Below, one piece after another: positions 28,641-42,750 of a DNA stretch of 64,000 bases (positions are counted from its first letter, which is position 1; every line of letters starts with the position of its first letter). The stretch is from Chrysomallon squamiferum (taxonomy: Eukaryota > Animalia > Mollusca), in contig CM022677.1 in NCBI GenBank assembly GCA_012295275.1, positions 22,444,001 through 22,508,000 on the forward strand, given 5' to 3'. The notes beneath the pieces were generated by a model that did no database searches, was not told where the DNA came from, and saw nothing but the letters and a program-made list of their open reading frames with translations. Position numbers and translations under genes: made by a program.

Positions 28641-28884
28641 AGTCAGTAGAAAAATCTGATCTTTATTGTTAAAAGGTGAAGTTTCATCAACATACTTTTA
28701 ATTCTCACCAGAATGAACAATCCATTAAATGCTTGTAATCTGGAGTAGTCTTCACAACAATGACTAGTTAGAAAGGTAGCTGTTATCCCAATAAATAACG
28801 ATATAAATAATGCTATTTTTATTTGTAATTTCTTCTTCTTTTCTCTTCTTCTTCTTTTTCTTACTATCATTATTATTGTTACTG

Positions 28885-28931
<47 letters not shown>

Positions 28932-29156
28932 TTATTTATTTATTTATTTATTTACTTACTTTAACAGTAATTTTGGAGTATGTTCATGATAATTTTGCTA
29001 GTGTGATAACTTCACATAACTTCAGAGGAGAGGGCAGCTGGTTCAATATACGCATACACATACACGCACCCACGCGCGCTCGCATGCATGCATGTAAGCA
29101 TATATGTATATATATATATTGTAATTTCTTCTTTTTTCTCTTTTTCTTCTTCCTCC

Positions 29157-29223
<67 letters not shown>

Positions 29224-29560
29224 GTTTGTATGTATATGTGACTAAAAGCACACGTTCATTTTGTATGGTGTTTGTTATTCGTACGGTTTATTTATATATC
29301 TGTTATCAAGACACGATAGCCGCCAGTTCATTGTTCAAGTTTGAGCAAGATCTATTTTTGGAGGGGAATGTATTAGTTGTATCTGTTCGTCTACTAGCAG
29401 TGTTCTACGTATACAAGCGTTATAACATTTCAACGAATGTAAATTTTTCACGATTTTTATTCTCGAAGAGAGAGATAATTTATGTCTGATTTTGTAACTA
29501 AAACAAAAGTTATTTTATAATATGTGTTTGTGTGGTGTCTTTGTGCAGAAAAGTACAGAG

Positions 29561-29699
29561 CTTAAACCCCTTCGATGTTTGAATTGGTATGTTCCTCAGA
29601 CTGCGTGTCGTCTGACCACAGCCGTGATAGCAAATCGGAACTGCACACGAGTAGAGGAGAAACGCACAGTAGTTAAAAGTTTCATTTGTTAACACATAG
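29561..29699 (+). promoter_or_regulatory. Variant (type 2) non-coding exon/promoter cassette
   Basis: gcttaaaccccttcg..ttggtatgttcctcaga..cgtgtcgtctg..ends TAG|GTAAGA. Confidence 0.5.
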
Positions 29700-29740
29700 G
29701 TAAGAACATTTTATTATTATTGTTATGGTTATTATTATTA

Positions 29741-29801
<61 letters not shown>

Positions 29802-30016
29802 AATTTTTGTTCTGTTGTTGTTTTTTCTTTCTCTTCTTCTTTTTCTTGTTCGGCTTATTTATTATTGTAAGATTTTTTCAAAAATCGAATAAGCTTGTTA
29901 GTGTAAACAAATAAAAAGAAAGAATACACACATATATGCGCATGTATTCAGATAAACGCATATACACACACACATGGGTAGACATATATTGTCCGTGAGT
30001 GTGGCTGTGTGTGCCT

Positions 30017-30078
<62 letters not shown>

Positions 30079-30081
30079 GAT

Positions 30082-30119
<38 letters not shown>

Positions 30120-30698
30120 CAATGCTAAATGATGAACTCATGAGATACCTTGATACCTTTTAGATCGTGAATTAAAGTCTAAAAATAAATTTCATTACAT
30201 TTACGTTTGTTATAATTATACTTCCAGTTTGCATATTATTATCATATTTTATTATTTTTAATAAGCATAACACTTAATACATTATATTTGCGTTCTGTCT
30301 AATTCACTAGTACAAACAGAAAATACAGATTTCACATTTGATGTTCAGTGTATTACTTGAAACCATATTATCCTGTTATTTTTATTTATTTATTTATTTT
30401 ATTTTATTATTTTATTTTACTTTAGTCTTTGTAGTTGTTTTGTTTTGTCTTGTTATTTTATAACTAAAATAAATAATGATATTATCCATATACCTACCCT
30501 ATATTTGTGTGCATTTTATTGTACATGTGCATGTGTGTGTCTGTTTGTGTGTATTTGTGTCTATATAATGCATCTATAAATACATTTTTCTTTTCATTTT
30601 TTCATTTATTTGATTTTTAAATAGAAAACCGAATAATATTTGCCATTCTTTATTCCTGATTATTTTTTCAAAAGAAAGAAATGTCTTGTAGATGACTT

Positions 30699-30865
30699 GT
30701 AAGCTTACACCCCTTCTTTGTTTCAGTTGGTATCTTCCACTCACTGAGTGTCGTCTGTCCAAACCGGATTCTCCGCACAAACAACTTCAGTAACAAATCG
30801 AGATTGCAGACGAATACAAAAGAAAAGATTTCCACGTGTTAAATTTTCCCTTTCCTAACAAAAAG
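30699..30865 (+). promoter_or_regulatory. Type 1 non-coding exon/promoter cassette copy
   Basis: Near-identical to 22966-23131 and ends AAG|GTAAGA. Confidence 0.55.
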
Positions 30866-30873
30866 GTAAGACA

Positions 30874-30919
<46 letters not shown>

Positions 30920-31383
30920 TCTATTTGTACGTGACTAAAAGCACACCTTCATTTTGTATGGTGTTTGTTATTCGTATGGTTTATTTATATATCTGTTATC
31001 TGTTAGCCGTCAGTTCATTGTTCAAGTTTGAGCAAGATCTATTTTTGGAGGGGAATGTATTAGCTGTGTCTGTTCTTCTATTAGCAGTGTCCTATGTATA
31101 TAAGCGTTATAACATTTCATCGAATTTAATTTAGCATAAGAATGTAAATTTTTCACGACTTTTATTCTCGAAAAGAGAGATAATTTATATCTGACTTTAT
31201 AGGTAAAACAAAATATTATTTTTATAACTTAAAACAATTCGAAAATCGTTGTCTACGATAGAAAGATAGATACATAGATAGAGATTGATATATAGATAGG
31301 TAGAGAGAGAGACAGAGACAGAGTGAGAGACAGAAACAGAGCAAGTAAGAAAGAGAAAGGGGCAGAAATAGAGAGACAGAGAC

Positions 31384-31466
<83 letters not shown>

Positions 31467-31741
31467 AGATTGGAGACACCTTTTTTTAGGGTTAATTACG
31501 GAGTTATTAAAATAATGAATTAATTAAATGTGCATGCGTTTTAAATTATACTTCCAGTTTATCTATGTTTCTGACATTTCAATTTTTGATTTTTTACTTT
31601 TTTAATAAACGTGACACTTTAGAAATAAAAAATAAAATTGTATTTTCTTTCTTTATAGTATACCATTATACCGCCTAGTATGTGTTCTTGTATTAACTTG
31701 TATCTATGTATGTGTGTGTGTGTGTGTGCAGAAAAGCACAT

Positions 31742-31899
31742 AGCTTAACCCCCTTCGTTGTTTGAACTGGTATGTTCCTCAGATTACGTGTCTTCTGTCA
31801 GAACTGTTTCTCCGAACAAAACCGTGAGAGGAAATCCAAACTGCAGACGAGTACAGGAGAAATGCACAGAAGTTAAAATTTTCATTCGGTAACACAAAG
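31742..31899 (+). promoter_or_regulatory. Variant (type 2) non-coding exon/promoter cassette
   Basis: Similar to 29561-29699 and ends AAG|GTAAGA. Confidence 0.5.
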
Positions 31900-31908
31900 G
31901 TAAGAACA

Positions 31909-31957
<49 letters not shown>

Positions 31958-32657
31958 ATTATTATTAATATTATTATTATTAATGTAGTTTTTGTTGTTC
32001 TTGTTCTTGCTGTTGTTCTTTTTCTTCTTCTTCTTTTTCTTTCTCGTCTTATTTAATATTGTAAGATTTTTTAAAAAATAAAATAAGCTTGTGTAGGTTG
32101 TTTTCTTAATTGAATTTCTGTATATAAATCCATGTTTGTTTTTCACACTGATTAGACGGGTAGGCTGTGACTCAGTGATTACACAAAGCTGTGTCACCGT
32201 TGTGTTATACGTTTTGTCCTTCTCAATGTCACTTTACTGTAAGAACCAGATTTCTTACAATACTTTATCGAACGACGTGATATAAGGTTACGAAGAACAC
32301 CTTTTTACGTAAAAGCATGTATTGTATTCTATTGTCTCAACTGCCTTACAATATAATATTACTATATGAATTGTGTTCGACCTAAATCAAATACTTTGAT
32401 TTTATCGTTCAATAGCAATGTCATTCTTTCATTTTGAGACTTCTTTGAAACGTGATTCATAATTGCTATATTTAATACATGCACTTCTATGAATCCTGAT
32501 TTCTTTTATTGCACAATTTCGAGTTAATCTGATCAAGGGTCGAGTTTCCAAATAGAATGATTTTTTTACTGAGTACCGAACAAACAGGTGTGCGATATTG
32601 TCTTGCAGCAGTAACGACATGTTACGTTTTAATTTATTATTATTATTATTATTGTTG

Positions 32658-32707
<50 letters not shown>

Positions 32708-33659
32708 GTTGTTGTTGTTATTATTATTTTATGTACCTGTTTATTCATATATCTAGTGAAACTGACTTTCACTTCTATTTCCTTTTAAACATGTGTACAC
32801 GTTGCAGTAGAAAAGTCATTTTGGATCTCAAATCTCAAAGATATTTTAAAATAAAACTTCGTTATTTAAGTTATGCTCTTTTCAGAATTTCTCTACATAC
32901 ATTTACGGGTGATTTAGGCACTGGTTAAAGTGGACAGGTGTGGCTCAGAGGTTTAGTGAAAGAAGTTTCTGACTATGGGCTGTAGCGTTTTTCTTTCCTA
33001 AAATCAATTTCGCGATTATTTGGTTATTGAGAAAAGGTACCCGTTGAATGTTCTTTTTGATTATTTTTATTTTTTTTTTTTTTTTTATTATTATTTTTTT
33101 TTCCATTTCTTTCATATTCTCTAACGTCTTAAGCGATCTGTACTGAATCTGGAAAATATTTTGTCCTTCTTATTCAGTAGAAATAAAATTTGTTTTCTGT
33201 GAATGTTGTGAAACGTAAACTGGTAATTATTACACTGAATGCATGTACCTACATGAATCTGACGTTCTACTGTACAGTTAGACTGAAGAAAGGTCTGCTT
33301 ACAAAAGTATGCGGGGTGTGTTACTATGAGAAATTGCCTTCCTGCAATCATGATTTGGCAAATTGTTAATGTTTATTATCATTATTAATTTTCATTCTAT
33401 TGTTTTTTATTTTTATTATCATTATTATTTTTCATTCTATTGTTTTTTATTTTTATTATCATTATTATTTTTCATTCTATTTTTATTTTATTTTTATTAT
33501 CATTATTATTTTTCATTCTATTTTTTTTTTTTTTTTATTTTTACTTTATTTATTTATTATTTTTTTTCAAAAGTCTGCTTAATATATTTATTGAGACTGA
33601 TTTTCATTTTTTCTTACTCATTTTTTTTTAAAATTTATTTCCATTTCGCTTCGACAAAA

Positions 33660-33773
33660 TTCACCTGCCCGTTCTGCACGCAAAATATTCAAATACTTGA
33701 ACATGAGCAGATCAGTTTCCTATAAACTTTGCATTAATGGATTCTATTACTGACAGGCAATGTTCAGAGATTT
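33660..33773 (+). pseudogene. Remnant of a TRIM RING exon 3' half
   Basis: FTCPFCTQNIQI..(frameshift)..ADQFPINFALMDSI..T|GTGAGT is homologous to IACPFCNLDIEI..ADQFPRNESLV..T|GTGAGT of copy B. Confidence 0.8.
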
Positions 33774-33950
33774 GTGAGTCAGCAGTGTTGTGTTTAGATA
33801 CAGTGATTATTTAACTAACAATGTTGATGTCCTGTAGCAAACATCGTGGCAAGCTCAAATAGATATAGAAAACAATTATCTATAACGTTTTTTACTTCGT
33901 TTTTAGTTCTGTCATATATTATTAATGACAGAATTACTAGTTTTACTTTT

Positions 33951-34024
<74 letters not shown>

Positions 34025-34169
34025 CTGTACTTGAAAAAAAGCACACATTCACTTTGCATCCTGTTTTTCATTTCTAAACTTTATTATATATCTGTCAAAA
34101 ACACACGATACCCGCCAGTTCACTGTTCAAGTTTAAACAAGATTTATTTTTGGCGGTGAAATGTATTAT

Positions 34170-34547
34170 TTTGGTTCTGTCCTTCTTCAAACCAGGTGTT
34201 GAGTCTATCATTAGTAGATGTGTGACATACAGTGAGAAACATTTTTTAAACTAACGAAGCTGTAGAAGTCTTATCGCGTTAGATGCCATTTTCCTTCCTG
34301 TTTATTTTAATATAGAAAATATTAATCGTTCAGGATTTCTTCTGAAAAGAAAGAAATGTGTTATAGATGACTTGTAAGCTTACACCCGTTCTTTTTTTCA
34401 GTTCGTATCTTCCTGTCACTGAGTGTGGTCTGTCCAAACCGGATTCTCCGCACAAACAACTTCAACTTAGATCGAGATTGCAGACGAATACAGAAGAAAA
34501 GATTTCCAGGTGTTAAATTTTCCCTTTACTAACAAAAAGGTAAGACA

Positions 34548-34605
<58 letters not shown>

Positions 34606-34847
34606 ATTATTATTATTATTATTATTATTTAAGATATTTTAAAATAAAACTTCGTTATTTAAGTTATGCTCTTAACAGAATTTCTGTACATACTTTTACG
34701 GGTGCTTTACGCACTGGTTAAAGTGGACAGGTGTGGCTCAGAGGTTAGTTGAAAGAAGTTTCTGACTATGGGCTGTAGCGTTTTTCTTTCCTAAAATCAA
34801 TTTCGCGATTATTTGGTTATTGAGAAAAGGTACCCGTTCAATGTCGT

Positions 34848-34914
<67 letters not shown>

Positions 34915-35008
34915 TTAACTAATCATATTTATGTCCTATATTAAACATTGTGGCAAGATCATAGTTCTGTCATATATTATTAAGGATAGAATTACTAGTT
35001 TTACTTTT

Positions 35009-35087
<79 letters not shown>

Positions 35088-35490
35088 TTAATGTAATTTT
35101 TGTTGTTCTGTTCTTGTTGTTTTTTCTTTCTCTTCTTCTTCTTTTTCTTTTTCGTCTTATTTATTATTGTAAGATTTTTCAGAAATCGAATAAGCTTGTT
35201 TAGGTTGTTTTCCTAAGTGAATTTCTGTATATAAATCTATGTTTGTTTTTCACACTGATTAGACGGGTAGGCTGTGACTCAGTGATTAAACAAAGCTGTG
35301 TCACCGTTGTGTTATACGATTTGTCCTTCTCAATGTCACTTTACTGTAAGAACCAGATTTCTTACAATACTTTATCAAACGACGTGATATGGGGTTACGA
35401 AGAACAGGTACCCCACCTTTTTACGTAAAAGCATGTATTGTATTCTATTGTCTCAACTGCCTTACAATATAATATTACTATATGAATTGC
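34170..35490. repeat. Segmental duplication of the TRIM 5' region (pairs with ~22770-24010; partial copies at ~32010-32630 and ~32840-33050); includes a type 1 cassette at 34375-34539
   Basis: Shared blocks include cactggttaaagtggacaggtgtggctcagagg and gattagacgggtaggctgtgactcagtgatta..gtaagaaccagatttcttacaatac. Confidence 0.85.
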
Positions 35491-35561
35491 GGTTTTTATT
35501 CTTATTATTATTCTTATTATAATTATTATTATTATTATTATTATTGTTGTTGTTATTATTC

Positions 35562-35603
<42 letters not shown>

Positions 35604-35961
35604 TTATTTTATGTACCTGTTTATTCATATATCTAGTGAAACTGACTTTCACTTCTATTTCCTTTTAAACCTGTGTACAAGTTGCAGTAGAAAAGTCATT
35701 TTGCATCTCAAATCTAAAATGTTAACTTCGGAAATGTGTTATTCATTTTAATAAATAAATAAATACACAAATACAAAACAAATGATTGATCTAGTACATT
35801 CATTAGTCAAATTAATCATTTAATTCCTACCATTTACCATGATCATTTTACCTTAGGTCAAGTTATGTCTTATTTTGAGGTCAAGTTGTATTTTCAAACT
35901 TTTGTTTTATACATTGTTCTTTGTTTTCTCTTAATATTTAATTTGTATTTTAATTTCGTTT

Positions 35962-36065
<104 letters not shown>

Positions 36066-36154
36066 TTTTTTCTTATTTGTATTCTCTGTTACTGCTATTT
36101 TTTATTGTTATTGTTTTCATTATTATTATTATTGTTGTTGTTGTTGTTGTTCTT

Positions 36155-36185
<31 letters not shown>

Positions 36186-36362
36186 TTATTATTATTTTGT
36201 TTTCTTGTTATAGATATTTATTTATCTATCTACCTATCTATTAAAATTAATTATGTTAATTTAATTATTTTAATTTATTTTTGTTATGTTCACAGATAGG
36301 TAACAGGTTCAAGATCCAAACAACAAATGTAAAGTTACCTTTGTTCGGAATTGTTCAACAAA

Positions 36363-37184
36363 ATGGACACACTCAAACACACTGATACCATTGACACGAA
36401 AACACAAGAAGATACAAGAACACCTTTAGTTCAGTCAGTTCTGATTTTAAGTGAGGACAACACTAAAATCGTGGTTAGTGATCATAGCAATAAATGTGTA
36501 AAATGTTTGTGTTTAAAAAGAAAGTCAGTAACAAAAAAACATGTAACTTCATCTGCACCATGGGGTCTTGTTGAATCACATGACCATCAGGCTGTCGTTA
36601 CTGTTCTGTCTCGTGAAAAAAAATTACTGTTTTTAAATTGGAAAGACTTCGAACTGATCAAAACCGTTACAACTAACAAAGTGTATTTCTATATCGCTAT
36701 GTTACCCAGCAACCGTCTAGCGGTCACTGGGGGAAGGGGTCATTACATAGATGTACTAACAGACAGTGGTCAGCTCATTAATTCCATCTCTGGAGATTTG
36801 ATCCACGGACCCTGGTTTCTCACAGTACACGATCAAAGTCTGATTGCTTTTTCAGAGTTTAAGAACAGTCTAGTTTGCGTGACGTCATCAGGTGACGTCA
36901 ATTGGATGTCATACGAATCAGACAAACTTCGAGGCGACTTTAGAGGTATTGCATGTGACCAGGAGGGTGATATTTTTGTTTGTGATATTAACAATCATCG
37001 CGTTGTTCATCTGTCACAAAAAGGAAAATTTATACGTCATATCCTCACCAGGCAGGATGGTTTGTCCGCACCTTGGTCTATCTGTTGTCATGAAAATATG
37101 TTGTGCGTGGCACAGTACAGTGGAGAAATAAAAATATTTTCCTGGTCGAAAGCTAAGGTTCTACCTGAGCGAGTACATTTGTAA
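36363..37184 (+). CDS. NHL-propeller-only derivative of the TRIM-like gene (copy C), 273 aa
   Basis: An uninterrupted ORF from ATG 36363, highly similar to the NHL region of copy B. It is preceded by the acceptor TTCACAG| (36295) and a decayed RING-exon start fused directly to the NHL region. Confidence 0.7.
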   Translation: MDTLKHTDTIDTKTQEDTRTPLVQSVLILSEDNTKIVVSDHSNKCVKCLCLKRKSVTKKHVTSSAPWGLVESHDHQAVVTVLSREKKLLFLNWKDFELIKTVTTNKVYFYIAMLPSNRLAVTGGRGHYIDVLTDSGQLINSISGDLIHGPWFLTVHDQSLIAFSEFKNSLVCVTSSGDVNWMSYESDKLRGDFRGIACDQEGDIFVCDINNHRVVHLSQKGKFIRHILTRQDGLSAPWSICCHENMLCVAQYSGEIKIFSWSKAKVLPERVHL

Positions 37185-38156
37185 ATGTTTGGGTGTTCAG
37201 AACACATAATAACTTTAAAAGTAAACTTTTTTTTTTTTTTTTTTTTATCTATCAGTATTCTTGCTTTGGAGTAATTGTTTCACACGAAGTTTCCGAATGC
37301 CGAGAGGAAGGGGTTCTATTTTGTTCTCAACCATCTACTATGAAAACTAGTACTAATAATACTGTTACCAATGGCATCGCTGCTGCAATTGGTAGTTCTA
37401 CTCCTGCTACTATTTATGTATTAAGTATAATAATTTTAATATAGAAATGCTAGATATACAGACGCACATATATATGTATTCTTTGAGTCCGGGGTTTTCA
37501 CTGTAATAAATATAAATGAAAACTCGGAATCTCCGACAAGCAGATCTGCGCGGCCCGCCATTTCCCTTTAAGGAAAACGAAGAACAAGGGAGAGAACCTT
37601 GAAACTTTGGGCTAGCTTTGGTAAGCTTCTGACAATATACTTATCTCCCTTGTTTTTTGTGGGTTTTGTTTTGGTATAGTCCTTGTGTAGTGTATTATTA
37701 ATGGGTTATCTGTTTACTGTATATACAATAATTTATAATTTATATTAATTTAGTTACTTGATTGTACCGTGTCCGATGATCGATCCTCTTTCTAACTACG
37801 ATTCTGTGACTGATTCTGTATTTCACCTTAGGCTTCCCCCAATGTAAATTATTTAGTTGCTTTCATTTTCTTATAAATGCTTGTAAAGTAATAAACAAAT
37901 CAAGCTGTACTCGTTTTGATGTGTTATTTATATAGTCAGTGTATTATACCATCACGATGTATGTGAATGTGTGTGTTGCAGATTTATAGAGGAGAAATTT
38001 ACAGAAGTTAAAATGTTGTCTTCTTGTCTCATACTGCTGTGTGTATGTGTGTTGATGTGTGTGTGTGTTTGTGTGTGTGTGTATGTGTCTGTTTGTGCTG
38101 TGCTTGTATACAAAAACTCAGAAAAAATTCTCAAGTTAAGACGATAAATTAACAAA

Positions 38157-38187
<31 letters not shown>

Positions 38188-38206
38188 CAATAACAATAAC
38201 AATAAC

Positions 38207-38273
<67 letters not shown>

Positions 38274-38672
38274 GTAACGATAACATTAATAATGATAAAA
38301 GTAATAATCATAAACACATACACATACGAAAACGTACATTAGCAGGCAATCGTTTATCATTTAAATACGAAATATTACAAAATTGTTATGTATCTTTCTT
38401 TAAACAAAAAAAGTAGATTTTATAAATTTTGGTTAGTGGGAGAAGTTATAAAAGACTGAGTCGACAGCGACTGCACTACTCAGGTTGAACATGCTTTTTT
38501 TTCTTTCTGTTTTTCAGTAGGTAGAAATTTTAAGTTCTTGTAGTGTTAATGTCTTCCGAATATTATTTAAGTCGTTTAAAACAAGAACAACAAGAACAAA
38601 AAGTAATAAATAAATAAATCACACACATACATATCTGTCTATCTTTCTATCTGTCTATCTGTCTGTCAATCA

Positions 38673-38732
<60 letters not shown>

Positions 38733-38789
38733 GTCTGTTTGACTATACTATCTTTACGCCGTTAGGTCAACTCATTTGATCTTCTGTCG

Positions 38790-38989
38790 NNNNNNNNNNN
38801 NNNNNNNNNNNNNNNNNNNNNNNNNNNNNNNNNNNNNNNNNNNNNNNNNNNNNNNNNNNNNNNNNNNNNNNNNNNNNNNNNNNNNNNNNNNNNNNNNNNN
38901 NNNNNNNNNNNNNNNNNNNNNNNNNNNNNNNNNNNNNNNNNNNNNNNNNNNNNNNNNNNNNNNNNNNNNNNNNNNNNNNNNNNNNNNNN
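38790..38989. other. Assembly gap (200 N)
   Basis: A run of N whose round length suggests a scaffolding gap of unknown size. Confidence 0.99.
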
Positions 38990-41900
38990 AGACAGTTGGA
39001 GAAACTGCTGAATGTCACAAGGAGTTTGTTTTGTGTTAAAGGAGAATGGAGAAAACTGTACAGAGAAAAGTGATTGTAAAAACAGTTCTGCTGAATGTCA
39101 CAAAGGGAGTTTGTTTTGTGTTAAAGGAGAATGGAGAAAACTGTACAGACAAAAAGTGATTGTAAAAACAGTTCTGCTGAATGTCACAAGGGAGTTTGTT
39201 TTGTGTTAAAGGAGAATGGAGAAAAAAGAAAACTGTTGTACAGACAAAAAGGGAGTTTGAAAGGAGAATGGAGAAAACTGTAAAAATTGTAAAAACAGTT
39301 CTGCTGAATGTCACAAGGGAGTTTGTTTTGTGTTAAAGGAGAATGGAGAAAACTGTACAGACAAAAGTGATTGTAAAGACAGTTCTGCTGAATGTCACAA
39401 TGGAGTTTGTTTTGTGTTAAAGGAGAATGGAGAAAACTGTACAGAGAAAAGTGATTGTAAAAACAGTTCTGCTGAATGTCACAAGGGAGTTTGTTTTGTG
39501 TTAAAGGAGAATGGAGAAAACTGTACAGAGAAAAGTGATTGTAAAAACAGTTCTGCTGAATGTCACAAGGGAGTTTGTTTTGTGTTAAAAGGAGAATGGA
39601 GAAAAAAACTGTACAGAGAAAAAAACTGTGATTGTAAAAACAGTTCTGCTGAATGTCACAAGGGAGTTTGTTTTGTGTTAAAGGAGAATGGAGAAAACTG
39701 TACAGACAAAAAGTGATTGTAAAAACAGTTCTGCTGAATGTCACAAGGGAGTTTGTTTTGTGTTAAAGGAGAATGGAGAAAACTGTACAGACAAAAGTGA
39801 TTGTAAAAACAGTTCTGCTGAATGTCACAAGGGAGTTTGTTTTGTGTTAAAGGAGAATGGAGAAAAAAATGTACAGACAAAAGTGATTGTAAAAACAGTT
39901 CTGCTGAATGTCACAAGGGAGTTTGTTTTGTGTTAAAGAATGGAGAATGGAGATTGTAAAAACAGTTCTGCTGAATGTCTGAGAAAAGTAAAAACAGTTC
40001 TGCTGAATGTCAGAAAAAAAGGAGAATGGAGAAAACTTACAGAGAAAAGTGATTGTAAAACAGTTCTGCTGAATGTCACAAGGGAGTTTGTTTTGTGTTA
40101 AAGGAGAAATGGAGAAAACTGTACAGAGAAAAAGTGATTGTAAAAACAGTTCTGCTGAATGTCACAAGGGAGTTTGTTTTGTGTTAAAGGAGAATGGAGA
40201 AAACTGTACAGAGAAAAAAGTGATTGTAAAACAGTTCTGCTGAATGTCACAAGGGAGTTTGTTTTGTGTTAAAGGAGAATGGAGAAAACTGTACAGACAA
40301 AAAGTGATTGTAAAAACAGTTCTGCTGAATGTCACAAGGGAGTTTGTTTTGTGTTTTGTGTTAAAGGAGAATGGAGAAAACTGTACAGAGAAAAGTGATT
40401 GTAAAAACAGTTCTGCTGAATGTCACAAAGGGAGTTTGTTTCTGTGTTAAAGGGAGTTTGTTTTTGTGTTTAAAGGAGAATGGAGAAAACTGTACAGACA
40501 AAAGTGATTGTAAAAACAGTTCTGCTGAATGTCACAAAGGGAGTTTGTTTTGTGTTAAAGGAGAATGGAGAAAACTGTACAGAGAAAAAAGTGATTGTAA
40601 AAACAGTTCTGCTGAATGTCACAAGGAGTTTGTTTTGTGTTAAAGGAGAATGGAGAAAACTGTACAGACAAAAGTGATTTCTGTAAAAAGGTTTGTTTTG
40701 TGTTAAAGGAGAATGGAGAAACTGATTGTAAAACAGTTCTGCTGAATGTCACAAGGAGTTTGTTTTGTGTGTTAAAAGGAGAATGGAGAAAACTGTACAG
40801 AGAAAAGTGATTGTAAAAACAGTTCTACTTTGATTTTGTTTTGTGTTAAAACAGTTCTTCTGAATGTCACAAGGGAGTTTGTTTTGTGTTAAAGGAGAAT
40901 GGAGAAAACTGTACAGAAAAGTGATTGTAAAAACAGTTCTGCTGAATGTCACAAGGGAGTTTGTTTTGTGTTAAAGGAGAATGGAGAAAACTGTACAGAC
41001 AAAAGTGATTGTAAAAACAGTTCTGCTGAATGTCACAAGGGAGTTTGTTTTGTGTTAAAGGAGAATGGAGAAAACTGTACAGACAAAAGTGATTGTAAAA
41101 CAGTTCTGCTGAATGTCACAAGGGAGTTTGTTTTTTGTGTTAAAGGAGAATGGAAAAACTGTACAGAGAAAAGTGATTGTAAAACAGTTCTGCTGAATGT
41201 CACAAGGGAGTTTGTTTTGTGTTAAAGGAGAATGGAAAAACTGTACAGACAAAAGTGATTGTAAAAACAGTTCTGCTGAATGTCACAAGGGAGTTTGTTT
41301 TTGTGGAGGAAAACTGTAAGGAGAAAAGAGAAAACTGTACAGACAAAAGTGATTGTAAAAACAGTTCTGCTGAATGTCACAAGGGAGTTTGTTTTTCTGT
41401 TAAAGGAGAATGGAGAAAACTGTACAGACAAAAGTGATTGTAAAAACAGTTCTGCTGAATGTCACAAGGAGTTTGTTTTGTGTTAAAGGAGAATGGAAAA
41501 AACTGTACAGACAAAAGTGATTGTAAAAACAGTTCTGCTGTTTTCACAAAGGGAGTTTGTTTTTGTTAAAGGAGAATGGAGAAAACTGTACAGAAAAAGT
41601 GATTGTAAAACAGTTCTGCTGAATGTCACAAAGGGAGTTTGTTTTGTGTTAAAGGAGAATGGAGAAAACTGTACAGAGAAAAGTGATTGTAAAAACAGTT
41701 CTGCTGAAAACACAAGGGAGTTTGTTTTGTGTTAAAGGAGAAAAGAAAACTGTACAGAGAAAAGTGATTGTAAAAACAGTTCTGCTGAATGTCACAACGG
41801 AGTTTGTTTTGTGTTAAAGGAGAATGGAGAAAACTGTACAGACAAAAGTGATTGTAAAAACAGTTCTGCTGAATGTCACAACGGAGTTTGTTTTGTGTTA

Positions 41901-42750
41901 AAGGAGAATGGAGAAAACTGTACAGACAAAAGTGATTGTAAAAACAGTTCTGCTGAATGTCACAACGGAGTTTGTTTTGTGTTAAAGGAGAATGGAGAAA
42001 ACTGTACAGACAAAAAAAGTGATTGTAAAAAACAGTTCTGCTGAATGTCACAAAAGGAGTTTGTTTTGTGTTAAAGGAGAATGGAGAAAACTGTACAGAC
42101 AAAAGTGATTGTAAAAACAGTTCTGCTGAATGTCACAACGGAGTTTGTTTTGTAAAGAAAGAAATTGGAGAGAGCTGTTTAGAAAGAGGAGACTGCAGAA
42201 ACTCTGAAGCTGAATGTTATAAAGGAGTTTGTTTTGTAAAGAAAGACATTGGAGAGAGCTGTTTAGAGAGAGGAGAATGCAGAAACTCTGAAGCTGAATG
42301 TTATAGAGGAGTTTGTTTTGTAAAGAAAGAAATTGGAGAGAGCTGTTTAGAAAGAGGAGACTGCAGAAACTCTGAAGCTGAATGTTATAAAGGAGTTTGT
42401 TTTGTAAAGAAAGAAATTGGAGAGAGCTGTTTGGAAAGAGGAGACTGCAGAAACTCTGAAGCTGAATGTTATAAAGGAGTTTGTTTTGTAAAGAAAGAAA
42501 TTGGAGAGCTGTTTAGAGATAGGAGAATGCAGAAACTCTGAAGCTGAATGCTATAAAGGAGTTTGTTTTGTAAAAAAAAACTCTGAAATTGGAGAGAGCT
42601 GTTTAGAGAGAGGAGAATGCAGAAACTCTGAAGCTGAATGTTATAAAGGAGTTTGTTTTGTAAAGAAAATGAAATTGGAGAGAGCTGTTTAGAAAGAGGA
42701 GAATGCAGAAACTCTGAAGCTGAATGCTATAAAGGAGTTTGTTTTTTTGA
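38990..42750 (+). repeat. Coding minisatellite with 84-bp unit: ~37 type-A units (LKENGENCTEKSDCKNSSAECHKGVCFV) then ~7 type-B units (KKEIGESCLERGDCRNSEAECYKGVCFV) from ~42150
   Basis: An 84-bp period is visible (e.g. 39331 to 39415). Copy numbers are estimated as length/84. Confidence 0.95.

Noticed and set aside
38990-42750. CRISPR-like or non-coding satellite interpretation of the regular array
   Set aside because: There are no unique spacers. The unit is 84 bp (28 codons) and grades into a clean ORF with spliced TM exons in a eukaryotic gene.
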